Shown here one piece after another: positions 46,675 to 55,272 of a stretch of DNA of 64,000 nucleotides (position 1 is its first letter; each line of letters starts with the position of its first letter). The position numbers were made by a program, and so were the translations under genes. Under the pieces are notes generated by a model, which was not told where the DNA came from, did no database searches, and saw nothing but the letters and a program-made list of their open reading frames with translations. Source of the DNA: an uncultured Thermus sp. (GTDB lineage: Bacteria; Deinococcota; Deinococci; Deinococcales; Thermaceae); NCBI GenBank assembly GCA_947085095.1, contig CAMTVD010000006.1:20911-84910 (forward strand), given 5' to 3'.

Positions 46675-47151
46675 CTACTTCAACCGCCTTCCCGCCAAGA
46701 GAAGCTCGCCAAACTCCTCCTCGAGGACCCTGGCCCCCTCCTCCGTGCGGGCCACCACCAGGATGGTGTCCTCCCCCGCCAGGGTGCCCACGATCTCGTC
46801 CCGCTTGAGGCGGTCCATGAGAAGGGCGATGCCCGAGGCGTGTCCCTCAGCGGTCTTGACCACCAGGATGTTCCCCCCCCGGTCCACGTCCTTCACGAAA
46901 AGGCCAAACTGGCGCTTCAACTCCTCGTACACGTCCTCGGGAAGCTCCATGGAGGGAAGGACGTACTTGTGCCGCCCCTTGCCCAAGGCGATGCGGGCCA
47001 GGCGGAGCTGGGCGATGTCCCGGCTCACGGTGGCCTGGGTCACGTCAAAGCCCAGCTGGCGAAGCCTCTCCACCAGCTCCTTTTGGGTGCCGATCTCCTC
47101 CCGGCGTACGATTTCCTGGATGGTGCGGTGCCGCTCCTCTTTGCTGCGCAT
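46675..47151 (-). CDS. argR: Arginine repressor
   Basis: N-terminal winged helix ([24 protein letters not shown]) and C-terminal [11 protein letters not shown]. Confidence 0.9.
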   Translation of the reverse strand: MRSKEERHRTIQEIVRREEIGTQKELVERLRQLGFDVTQATVSRDIAQLRLARIALGKGRHKYVLPSMELPEDVYEELKRQFGLFVKDVDRGGNILVVKTAEGHASGIALLMDRLKRDEIVGTLAGEDTILVVARTEEGARVLEEEFGELLLAGRRLK

Positions 47152-47155
47152 ATCC

Positions 47156-48352
47156 CTACCCCAAAGGTTTCCAAAACTCTTTGACCAAGTCCAGTATACG
47201 GTCTGCCACCCGGCGCTTCTCCATCCGGGGGAGCTCCAGCACCCGGCCGTCTTTGGCGAGGAGGACCACCTCGTTCTCAGGGCTGCCGAAGCCCACCCCC
47301 TGCCGGTTCACCCAGTTCAGGGCGACGAGGTCCAGGTTTTTGCGGCGAAGCTTCTCCTGGGCCCGGGTAAGCCCCTCCGCCGTTTCCATGGCAAAGCCCA
47401 CCAGAACCTTCCCCCCCTTCCTCTCCCCCAGCTCCTTCAAGATGTCGGGGTTGGGAAGAAGGCGCAAGGTCTTTTCCGCTGCCACCTTGGGCTCCTTCTC
47501 CCGGGAAACCTCCGCCGGGCGGTAGTCGGCCACCGCCGCCGCCATGACCACCGCCTCCGCCCAGGGGTAGCGGGCCAGGATGGCCTCTCGCATCTCCAGG
47601 GCGCTTTCCACCCGCACCACCTCCACCCCCCAAGGGTCTTTGAGGCAGGTGGGGCCAGAAACCAGCACCACCTCTGCCCCCCGGTCCCGAGCGGCCTCGG
47701 CCACGGCGTAGCCCATCCGCCCCGAGGAGGGGTTGGAGAGGAAGCGCACCGGGTCCAGGTACTCCCGGGTGGGCCCGGCGGAGACCAGAAGGCGGAGGCC
47801 CAGGAGGTCCTTGGGGGTGAGGAGGGCCTCGAGGCGCTCCACAAGCTCCTCGGGCTCCAGCATCCGCCCCCACCCCTCCCCCTCCCCCACCGCCGCCAGG
47901 GGGCCGTAGCCGGGACCGAAGAGGGCGTGGCCCAGGGCCTTCAGCCGCTCGGCGTGGCCCTGGGTCTGAGGGGAGAGCCACATGGCCTCGTTCATGGCCG
48001 GGGCCCAGGCCACCCCCTTGGCCCCCGCCAGCAGGGTGGCGGAAAGAAGGTCGTCCGCCAGGCCCAAGGCGGCCTTGGCCATGGCGTCGGCGGTGGCCGG
48101 GGCCACCAGGACCACCTCGGCCCAGCGGGCCAAATCTATGTGCAGGGCCCGGCCGTCGGGGCGGAACCAGGCCTCCTCCGTGGCCACCTCCCCCCCGGCG
48201 GCCACCGCCAAGGAGAGGGGGGTGATGAACTCCAGGGCCCTAGGGGTCGCCAAGACCCGCACCTCGTGCCCCCTGGCCCTGAGGAGGCGGAGCAGGTGGG
48301 GGGCCTTGATGGCCGCCACCCCACCCGTCACCGCCACCAAGACCCGGGCCAC
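47156..48352 (-). CDS. coaBC: Bifunctional phosphopantothenoylcysteine decarboxylase / phosphopantothenate-cysteine ligase
   Basis: Motifs [14 protein letters not shown] and [24 protein letters not shown]. Confidence 0.95.
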   Translation of the reverse strand: MARVLVAVTGGVAAIKAPHLLRLLRARGHEVRVLATPRALEFITPLSLAVAAGGEVATEEAWFRPDGRALHIDLARWAEVVLVAPATADAMAKAALGLADDLLSATLLAGAKGVAWAPAMNEAMWLSPQTQGHAERLKALGHALFGPGYGPLAAVGEGEGWGRMLEPEELVERLEALLTPKDLLGLRLLVSAGPTREYLDPVRFLSNPSSGRMGYAVAEAARDRGAEVVLVSGPTCLKDPWGVEVVRVESALEMREAILARYPWAEAVVMAAAVADYRPAEVSREKEPKVAAEKTLRLLPNPDILKELGERKGGKVLVGFAMETAEGLTRAQEKLRRKNLDLVALNWVNRQGVGFGSPENEVVLLAKDGRVLELPRMEKRRVADRILDLVKEFWKPLG

Positions 48353-48655
48353 CTAACCCTCCTCTTCCGCCACGGGATAGAGCCTTTCCATCTCCTTCTG
48401 CAAGCGGTCCTCGGGCACCAGGTTCTCCCCGAAGACCAGCCTGCCCGAGGAGAGCTCCTTCATGGCCCAGGTGACGGCGTTGGGGTCATCGTAGAGGCCC
48501 TCGAGGGTGCGCATCTTGGGCCTCTCCTCCGGCTCCAAGACCGTGTTCTTGAAGCGGTGGCGAAGGAGCTGCTGGGCCCTCTTGGCCACCACCACCGTGA
48601 GCCGATACTTGGAGTCCACCATGCCAAAAAGCCTGTCAATGCCCGGTTCCGCCAT
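48353..48655 (-). CDS. rpoZ: DNA-directed RNA polymerase subunit omega
   Basis: [30 protein letters not shown]... is near-identical to the Thermus omega subunit as I remember it. Confidence 0.95.
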   Translation of the reverse strand: MAEPGIDRLFGMVDSKYRLTVVVAKRAQQLLRHRFKNTVLEPEERPKMRTLEGLYDDPNAVTWAMKELSSGRLVFGENLVPEDRLQKEMERLYPVAEEEG

Positions 48656-49307
48656 ACTTCCTCCTCAGAATCTCGTCCAGATCAGCTTCCAAAACTTCAT
48701 CGCGCCTTAAGGCCGCTTCCAAGGCCTTTTGCATCCGCTTTTGCCGGCGGCGCTCTGCGGTGAGAATGGCCAGGAAATCCGCCACCGCCTCCTCCAGAAC
48801 GTCGTTCACCACCACGTAGTCAAAGAGGTGGGCGTTCTTTATCTCCCATTCCGCCTGCTTCAGGCGCTTTTCTATCTTCTCCGGACCATCCGTACCCCGG
48901 TACACCAGGCGCCTCTTCAGCTCGGAGAGGGAGGGGGGAAGGAGGAAGATGAGGACCGCCTGGGGCACCTTGTCCTTCACCTGCAGGGCCCCCTGGACCT
49001 CAATCTCCAGAAGGACGTCCTCTCCCCGCTCCAGGGCCCGCATCACCGGGGCCTTGGGGGTGCCGTACAGGTGGCCCACATACTCGGCGTGCTCCAAAAA
49101 CCCTCCCTCGGCCAAAAGGGCCTCAAAGGTGGGGCGGTCCACAAAGTAGTAGTCCACCCCGTGCCGCTCCCCTGGACGGGGGGGACGGGTGGTCATGGAG
49201 ATGGAGTAGAAGAGGCGGGTGCGCTCCAAGACCTTGGCCCGCACCGTGCCCTTACCCACCCCGCTGGCCCCGGTCATGACGAAAAGGCGGCCCCCCATAC
49301 CCTCCAC
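48636..49307 (-). CDS. gmk: Guanylate kinase with C-terminal extension
   Basis: Motifs GASGVGKGT and [14 protein letters not shown]. The start is GTG at 49307 or ATG at 49298. It overlaps rpoZ by 20 nt. Confidence 0.9.
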   Translation of the reverse strand: MEGMGGRLFVMTGASGVGKGTVRAKVLERTRLFYSISMTTRPPRPGERHGVDYYFVDRPTFEALLAEGGFLEHAEYVGHLYGTPKAPVMRALERGEDVLLEIEVQGALQVKDKVPQAVLIFLLPPSLSELKRRLVYRGTDGPEKIEKRLKQAEWEIKNAHLFDYVVVNDVLEEAVADFLAILTAERRRQKRMQKALEAALRRDEVLEADLDEILRRKYGGTGH

Positions 49308-49350
49308 CCCGGAAGGATACCAGAGGCCTCATCCCCCCACAAGGAGTTTT

Positions 49351-50817
49351 GTGACATGGGCACCTTTTCCCTGTGGTACACTTCCCCCCGTGGCCTGGTA
49401 CGAGGGCACCTTCTTCTATCAAATCTTCCCCGACCGCTTCTTCCGGTCAGGCCCCCCGGGCAAGCCCGCCCCCACGGGGCCCCTTGAGCCCTGGGAGGCC
49501 CCGCCCACCCTGAGGGGTTTCAAAGGGGGCACCCTGTGGGGCGTGGCGGAAAAGATCGCTTACCTGGTGGACCTGGGGGTGGAGGCCCTCTACCTAAATC
49601 CCATCTTCGCCTCCACCGCCAACCACCGCTACCACACCACGGACTACTTCCAGGTGGACCCCGTTCTTGGGGGTAACGCCGCCCTTCGGCACCTCCTGGA
49701 GGTGGCCCACGCCCACGGGATAAGGGTGATCCTGGACGGGGTCTTCAACCACACGGGCCGGGGCTTCTTCGCCTTCCAGCACCTCCTGGAAAACGGGCCG
49801 GAAAGCCCCTACCGGGACTGGTACTACGTGAAGGGCTTCCCCCTAAAGGCCTACAGCCCCCACCCCAACTACGAGGCCTGGTGGGGCAACCCCGAACTCC
49901 CCAAGCTGAAGGTGGAAACCCCGGCGGTGCGGGAGTACCTCTTCTCCGTGGCCGAACACTGGGTGCGCTTCGGGGCGGACGGGTGGCGGCTGGACGTGCC
50001 CAACGAGATCCCAGACCCCCAGTTCTGGCGGGCCTTCCGCCTTCGGGTGAAGGGGGCAAACCCCGAGGCCTACATCGTGGGGGAGATCTGGGAAGAGGCG
50101 GATTCCTGGCTCCAGGGGGACATGTTTGACGCCACCATGAACTACCCCCTCTCCCGGGCCATCCTGGGCTTCGTGGGGGGGGAGGTCCTGGACCGGGAAC
50201 TGGCGGGGCGCACCGGCCTGGGGCGGGTGGAACCCCTTCAGGCCCTGGCCTTCAGCCACCGGCTGGAAAGCCTCTTCAGCCGTTACCGCCCCGAGGTGGT
50301 CCGGGCCCAGATGAACCTCCTCACCTCCCACGACACCCCCAGGCTCCTCACCCTTCTCCAGGGGGACACGGCCCGGGCCCGGCTCGCCCTTTCCCTCCTC
50401 TTCCTGCTTCCGGGCAACCCCACGGTCTACTACGGGGAGGAGATCGGGATGGAAGGGGGGCACGACCCGGAGAACCGGGGCGGGATGGTCTGGGAGGAAG
50501 AGCGCTGGAAAAAGGAGATCCGGGAGGCCGTGAAGCGCCTGGCCCGCCTCCGCAAGGAGCACCCCGAGCTCCGCACCGCCCCCTATACCCGCATCTACGC
50601 CGTGGACGGCCACCTGGCCTTCACCCGGGGGCCCTACCTGGTGGTGGTGAACGCCACCCCCTTCCCCTTCCGCCAGGACTTCCCCCTGCACGGGGCCCTG
50701 CCCCGGGGAGCCCAGGCGGTGGACCTCCTCTCCGGGGCGGTCTGCACCCCCATGGGGGGTCGGCTCTGCGGCCCCGAGCTTCCCCCCTTCTCCGTGGCCG
50801 TCTGGGTGGAGGTCTAA
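49351..50817 (+). CDS. GH13 alpha-amylase family glycosidase (neopullulanase/cyclomaltodextrinase/alpha-glucosidase type)
   Basis: GH13 regions I-IV: DGVFNHTG, GWRLDVPNE, VGEIWE and LLTSHDTPR. The GTG at 49351 lies 4 nt after AAGGAG. An alternative GTG is at 49390. Confidence 0.85.
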   Translation: MTWAPFPCGTLPPVAWYEGTFFYQIFPDRFFRSGPPGKPAPTGPLEPWEAPPTLRGFKGGTLWGVAEKIAYLVDLGVEALYLNPIFASTANHRYHTTDYFQVDPVLGGNAALRHLLEVAHAHGIRVILDGVFNHTGRGFFAFQHLLENGPESPYRDWYYVKGFPLKAYSPHPNYEAWWGNPELPKLKVETPAVREYLFSVAEHWVRFGADGWRLDVPNEIPDPQFWRAFRLRVKGANPEAYIVGEIWEEADSWLQGDMFDATMNYPLSRAILGFVGGEVLDRELAGRTGLGRVEPLQALAFSHRLESLFSRYRPEVVRAQMNLLTSHDTPRLLTLLQGDTARARLALSLLFLLPGNPTVYYGEEIGMEGGHDPENRGGMVWEEERWKKEIREAVKRLARLRKEHPELRTAPYTRIYAVDGHLAFTRGPYLVVVNATPFPFRQDFPLHGALPRGAQAVDLLSGAVCTPMGGRLCGPELPPFSVAVWVEV

Positions 50818-51257
50818 AGGGCCCCCTCAAAGCGCAAGAGCCAAAGCTTCAGCCCCTCCTGCCCGGCGAACCCCCCAAGCCGCCCATCGGCATGGATAAC
50901 CCGGTGGGCAGGCACCAAGAGGAGGAAAGGGCAGGTGCGAAGGGCCATCCCCACCGCCCGGGGGGGGAGGCCCAGGGCCCTTCCCAAGGAGCCATAGCTG
51001 GCGGTCTTTCCGTAGGGGACCCGGCGGGTGGCCTCGTAGACCGCCACCCGCCAAGGGCTCAAGCCCGAATAATCCAGAGGGATACTCAGGAAATCCGGCC
51101 TTTCCCCGCGGAAGTACCGGGCCACGCCCTCAGCCACCCGCTCCGCCAAAGGCCCCTCCGCCTCCTGGCCCCGGGGAAAGAGGACAGGCTCCAGACACCG
51201 CACCCCTTTTGCGGAAACCTCCAGCCAAAGGGGGCCGATGGGGGTAGGAAGAAGCAT
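50814..51257 (-). CDS. Alkyltransferase-like (ATL) protein: MGMT fold with the active-site Cys replaced by Ala
   Basis: The C-terminal domain reads YGKTASYGSLG...LLLVPAHRVIHADGRLGGF. PAHRV takes the place of the PCHRV motif. Confidence 0.8.
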   Translation of the reverse strand: MLLPTPIGPLWLEVSAKGVRCLEPVLFPRGQEAEGPLAERVAEGVARYFRGERPDFLSIPLDYSGLSPWRVAVYEATRRVPYGKTASYGSLGRALGLPPRAVGMALRTCPFLLLVPAHRVIHADGRLGGFAGQEGLKLWLLRFEGAL

Positions 51258-51264
51258 GCTACGC

Positions 51265-52332
51265 TCAGCGCAGGGCTAAGGCGGGAGGGGAAGCCTGGCC
51301 GATGAGGAGGTCGGAGAGGGAGGTGCCGGGGAAGTAATGGCCCAGGATTTCCCGGTAGCCGAAGCCCGCCTCGGCCATCCCCCTGGCCCCCCACTGGGAG
51401 AGGCCCACCCCGTGCCCCGCCCCCTGGCCCACCGCCTCAAAGCCCTGGAAATCCGCCAAGGCCGAGGGCAGGCCCATGAGGCGCAGGAGGCGCTGGGCCT
51501 CGGGTCCCCGCACCTCCACCCCCAGAAGGCGCACCCGCCAGACCCGCCCCGAGGGGCTCCGCTCCAACACCTGGGGGAGGTCCCGGCCCTTGGGGGCAAG
51601 GCCCAGGGCTAAGAGGGCCCGCTCTGCCTGGGCAGGGCTCACCTGGCGGCGCCAAGGGCTTTTGCGGGCGTAGGGGTCGGGCCGGGGACGCAGGTAGGGG
51701 AGGGCCCTTTGGAAGACCTCCTCGCTTCCCGCCGTCATCCCCCCAGAGTCAGCGTGGTAGAGGGCGGAGATGGCCTGGCCCCCGTAGCTCAGCACCTGGC
51801 TCCGGGTGGCGGCCACGGCCTCCTTGTACCTGGGCTTCTCCGCCGAAAGCCCCAGGTACACCTGGCAGAGCTCGCTGGCGCAGAGGTCATAGGGGGCCCT
51901 GGGGTTCAGGCGGTGCACCGCGAAGGTGCGGGCCACCACCGCCTGGGCCTTTAAGGCCTCCATGGGAAACCCCTCGGGCATCTCCCCGGGCAAGACCCCG
52001 AGGAGGTAGTCCTCCAGGGGAACCAGGTTGACCACCAGGAGCCTCTCCCCCTGGGGCACCAGGCGCACCCCGCCCCGGTAGGCCCGGCCCTCGAGGGCGA
52101 AGTGGGGAAGGGCGAGGTCCCAATAGGGGTAGACCCTACCCTCCACCACCACCCCTTCCCCACCCCCAAAGGCCCGCACCTCCCCCTCCGGGGTCTTCAG
52201 GACCACCTCCTGCCCCCGGGCCACCTCCTTGAGGAGCACCCGGAGGTAAAGGTCCTTCTCCTGGCTTTGGGCCGGCCCCAGGGCCAGGGATAAGGCCAAG
52301 AGGCTCAGGAGGAGAACAGCCTGGCGTTTCAT
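51265..52332 (-). CDS. SpoIID/LytB domain protein (secreted)
   Basis: Signal peptide, and motifs EALKAQAVVARTF, C....CQVY and YHADSGGMT. Confidence 0.8.
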   Translation of the reverse strand: MKRQAVLLLSLLALSLALGPAQSQEKDLYLRVLLKEVARGQEVVLKTPEGEVRAFGGGEGVVVEGRVYPYWDLALPHFALEGRAYRGGVRLVPQGERLLVVNLVPLEDYLLGVLPGEMPEGFPMEALKAQAVVARTFAVHRLNPRAPYDLCASELCQVYLGLSAEKPRYKEAVAATRSQVLSYGGQAISALYHADSGGMTAGSEEVFQRALPYLRPRPDPYARKSPWRRQVSPAQAERALLALGLAPKGRDLPQVLERSPSGRVWRVRLLGVEVRGPEAQRLLRLMGLPSALADFQGFEAVGQGAGHGVGLSQWGARGMAEAGFGYREILGHYFPGTSLSDLLIGQASPPALALR

Positions 52333-52350
52333 ACCTCCCGTACCATCCTA

Positions 52351-53805
52351 TCACTCCAGCACCAGGACCGCCCGTCCCTCCAAAGGGGCTTCCCGAAGCG
52401 TTCGCAGAGCGTCCCCGTGGCGCAGGGCGTACATGGCGAAGGGGTAGACCCGCTCCTGGGGGAGGCCCAGGGGCCTGAGGTGGCGCTTCAGGCGCTCCAA
52501 ATGGTGGAGGAGGGTAGCGTCCTTTTGCAGTCTGGCCCGGAGGAGCTTTTTCAAAAGCCTCTCCCCTTCCCCCTTAAGCCTCGCCCGATAGCGGCGGAAG
52601 GGGCGGTCCAGGGTGGGCTCCAGGGCCTTGGCCCTCTCCGCCAGGGCCTCCACCTCCTGGAGAAGCCGGGACATCTCCCCCTCCACCTCCCTAAAGCCCT
52701 CCATCACCCCCCTGGCCGCCTGCAGAAAGGCCTCCTCCCCCCGGTCCACGAAGGCCCAGGGGTCCAGGCCGTACCGTCGGAGGATGCGCGCCGCAGGGGG
52801 CTCCAGGACCACCCCCTGGACCCTTAGGAAGAGGGCGGGCATGGGGAGGCCGTAAAGGGCGTAGACCTGGGAAAGCTCCGCCACGTAGCGGAACTCGTTG
52901 GGCCCCACCACGAAGCCCCCCGTGGGCAGGATGAGGTCCTGGAAGATGGGTCTCAGACCGGCCGCCGGGGTAAGGCGGGAAGGGTCGGCCCGCACCACCT
53001 CCAGAAGCTCCTTCCGGGTGTAGCTCCGCACCCCGTCGCTGAAGACCCCCCCGTGGTAGAAGAGGAGCCTGCGGGCATCGGTCTCCAGGAAGAGGTTGGT
53101 GGCCCCGGGCTTGCGCCCCAGGGGGGGCCTCCCCCCCAGGGCCCGGATGCGGGCCGCCTCCCGGTTGATGGCCTCGGCGCTGGCCAGGGGGTCAGCAAGC
53201 TCCCGCTCCAGGGCCTCCCGGAAAAGGGGGGCAAGCTCCTCGGCCATGGGGTCAAAGGGAAGAAGGCCCCGTTCCCCCAGAAAGGCCAGGAGGAGGCGGG
53301 CGAAGAACTCGGAGAGGGTCCTCCCCTCGAGGGCGTAGGCCACCCGGGCTTCCTTGGCCCAGGAGCCCAGGAAGCCCACCAGGGCCTCCCGGTAGGGGGC
53401 CAAGGGGATCCGCCCCGCAGGCAGGGAGGGGAGGGAAAGGGAAAGGGTCTGGACCTCCTCACCCCGAAGGAGGTGGAGGTGGCGCACCTCCTCCACATCG
53501 GGGTCCTGGGAGGCCACCCAGAAAACCCCCGCCGCCCCCACCTCCTCCGCTAGGGCCAAGGCGGTGTGGGCCTTGTAGAAGCTGAGGGCGGGGCCGCCCA
53601 AAAGCCCCGCCTGCTGGCCCGCCACCACCGCCCCCACCCCCAGGCGCTCCAGGGCGGCCAAGGCCTCCTTAGGGGCGGAAAGACGCTTCAGGTAAGCCCT
53701 TAAGGCCTCCAGAAGCTGGGGATGGCCCTGGCGGCGGAGGCGGGCCCTCAGGGCCGGCCTCCCCTGGGGCAGGTCCAGGAGCCGGGCCAGCAGGGCGGGT
53801 TCCAC
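52351..53805 (-). CDS. bshC: Bacillithiol biosynthesis cysteine-adding enzyme BshC-like
   Basis: Motif GQQAGLLGGPALSFYK, FWVASQDPD.EEV, and a length of 484 aa with a C-terminal coiled-coil region. The family call is from memory of BshC motifs. Confidence 0.6.
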   Translation of the reverse strand: MEPALLARLLDLPQGRPALRARLRRQGHPQLLEALRAYLKRLSAPKEALAALERLGVGAVVAGQQAGLLGGPALSFYKAHTALALAEEVGAAGVFWVASQDPDVEEVRHLHLLRGEEVQTLSLSLPSLPAGRIPLAPYREALVGFLGSWAKEARVAYALEGRTLSEFFARLLLAFLGERGLLPFDPMAEELAPLFREALERELADPLASAEAINREAARIRALGGRPPLGRKPGATNLFLETDARRLLFYHGGVFSDGVRSYTRKELLEVVRADPSRLTPAAGLRPIFQDLILPTGGFVVGPNEFRYVAELSQVYALYGLPMPALFLRVQGVVLEPPAARILRRYGLDPWAFVDRGEEAFLQAARGVMEGFREVEGEMSRLLQEVEALAERAKALEPTLDRPFRRYRARLKGEGERLLKKLLRARLQKDATLLHHLERLKRHLRPLGLPQERVYPFAMYALRHGDALRTLREAPLEGRAVLVLE

Positions 53806-53815
53806 GCTTCAAAGC

Positions 53816-54439
53816 CTAAAGGGCCTCGCTCAAGCGGGCAAGGGCCTTGGGGTCGCGAACCTCCACCCGGCGGTAGCCCAGGTCCACCACCCCTTGCAGG
53901 GCCCACTCCCCCAGGAGCTTGGTCACCGTCTCCCGGGTGGCCCCCACCATGCGGGCCAGGTCCTGGTGGGAAAGCCCCACCTCCCCCGCCGCCCCCAGGT
54001 CCAAAAGGAGCCGGGCCAGGCGCTGGGCCACGGAGAGGTGGCGCACCTCCCAAAGCCGCTCCTCCGCCGCCTTGAGGCGGGCGTAAAGGGCTTTCAGGAA
54101 CAAGGCCTGGGTCTCCGGGAAGCTGGCCACCAGGGCAAGGAGGGGCTCCTTGGGGGCGAAAAGGAGCTCAGCGTAGGTGAGGGCCGTGGCCCCACCCGTG
54201 CGCCTCCTCTCCCCCACCAAGGCCTCCTCCCCCAGAAGCCCCCCCGGGCCCACCACCCCCAAGGTGGCGGCCTCCTCCCCCGGGCCGGAGCGTTCCAGCC
54301 ACACAAGCCCCTCCCGCACCAGGTAAAGCCCGTCTGCCGCCTCCCCCGCCCTGTAGAGGACAGCTCCCCGCCTGACCCTCAGGGGCTGGAAGGCCCGGGC
54401 CGCCGCCTGGCGGGCCTCGAGGCCAAGCTCCTGGAACAT
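53816..54439 (-). CDS. Crp/Fnr family transcriptional regulator
   Basis: A cNMP-binding-like beta-roll (LYLVREGLVWLE) and a C-terminal HTH (LSHQDLARMVGATRETVTKLL). Confidence 0.85.
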   Translation of the reverse strand: MFQELGLEARQAAARAFQPLRVRRGAVLYRAGEAADGLYLVREGLVWLERSGPGEEAATLGVVGPGGLLGEEALVGERRRTGGATALTYAELLFAPKEPLLALVASFPETQALFLKALYARLKAAEERLWEVRHLSVAQRLARLLLDLGAAGEVGLSHQDLARMVGATRETVTKLLGEWALQGVVDLGYRRVEVRDPKALARLSEAL

Positions 54440-54448
54440 GCCCTGAGT

Positions 54449-55267
54449 CTACAGAAAGAGGGGCCAGGGGGAAGGGGGGATAAGCCCCCTGGCCTCCGCC
54501 TCAGCGAAGAGCCGCTCCACCGCCCTTTCGCCCTCCTCCCCCACGTCCAGGCTGTAGGCGTTCACGTAGGTGCGCACGTGGGCCCAGATCACCTCCTCGG
54601 AAAGCTCCTGGGCGTGGGCCTTGAGGTAGGGAAGGGTCTCCTCGGGATGGGCCCAGGCGTACTCCAGGCTCCGCCGCACCGCCTGGTCCAGGGCGCGGAT
54701 AAGCTCCTCCCCCAGGTCGCGCCGGGCCAGGATAGCCCCCAGGGGCAGGGGCAGGCCCGTCTCCCCCTCCCACCACGCCCCCAGGTCCAGAAGCTGCATC
54801 AGGCCGTACTGGGGATAGGTGAAGCGGCTTTCGTGGATGATGAGCCCCGCCTCCACCTCCCCCTGGGCCACCAGGGGCAGGATGCGATCGTAGCGCACCT
54901 CCACCGGTTCAAAGCCTTCGGCATAGAGGGAGAGGAGCAGGAAAGCGGTGGTGTTCCGCCCGGGAATGGCCACCCGCGCCCCCTGGAGGCTTTTCAGGGG
55001 CCTTGAGGCCACCACCAGGGGGCCCACCCCCCGGCCCAAGGCCCCGCCGCTCCTCAGGGCCACGTACCGGTCCCGCACCCGGCCGTAGGCGGCGTAGGAG
55101 AGCTTGGTGAGGGGAAGCCTCCCCTCCAGGGCCCAGCGGTTCAGGGTTTCCACATCCTCCAAAACGGCCTCCACGGGACGGGGGCTTTCCACCAGGCCGT
55201 GGGTCAGGGCGTAGAAGATGAAGGTGTCGTTGGGGCAGGGAGAGTAGCCCAGCTTCAGGGCGTCCAT
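54449..55267 (-). CDS. mqnD: 1,4-dihydroxy-6-naphthoate synthase (futalosine pathway)
   Basis: N-terminus LKLGYSPCPNDTFIFYAL and motif IIHESRFTY. 272 aa. Confidence 0.85.
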   Translation of the reverse strand: MDALKLGYSPCPNDTFIFYALTHGLVESPRPVEAVLEDVETLNRWALEGRLPLTKLSYAAYGRVRDRYVALRSGGALGRGVGPLVVASRPLKSLQGARVAIPGRNTTAFLLLSLYAEGFEPVEVRYDRILPLVAQGEVEAGLIIHESRFTYPQYGLMQLLDLGAWWEGETGLPLPLGAILARRDLGEELIRALDQAVRRSLEYAWAHPEETLPYLKAHAQELSEEVIWAHVRTYVNAYSLDVGEEGERAVERLFAEAEARGLIPPSPWPLFL

Positions 55268-55272
55268 GGGTT

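Noticed and set aside
46745-48763. 672-aa ORF antisense to argR, coaBC and rpoZ
   Set aside because: It spans three well-supported minus-strand genes, including their intergenic junctions. The sequence is Pro/Arg/Gly/Leu-rich with no recognisable domain. This is a typical GC-driven open antisense frame.
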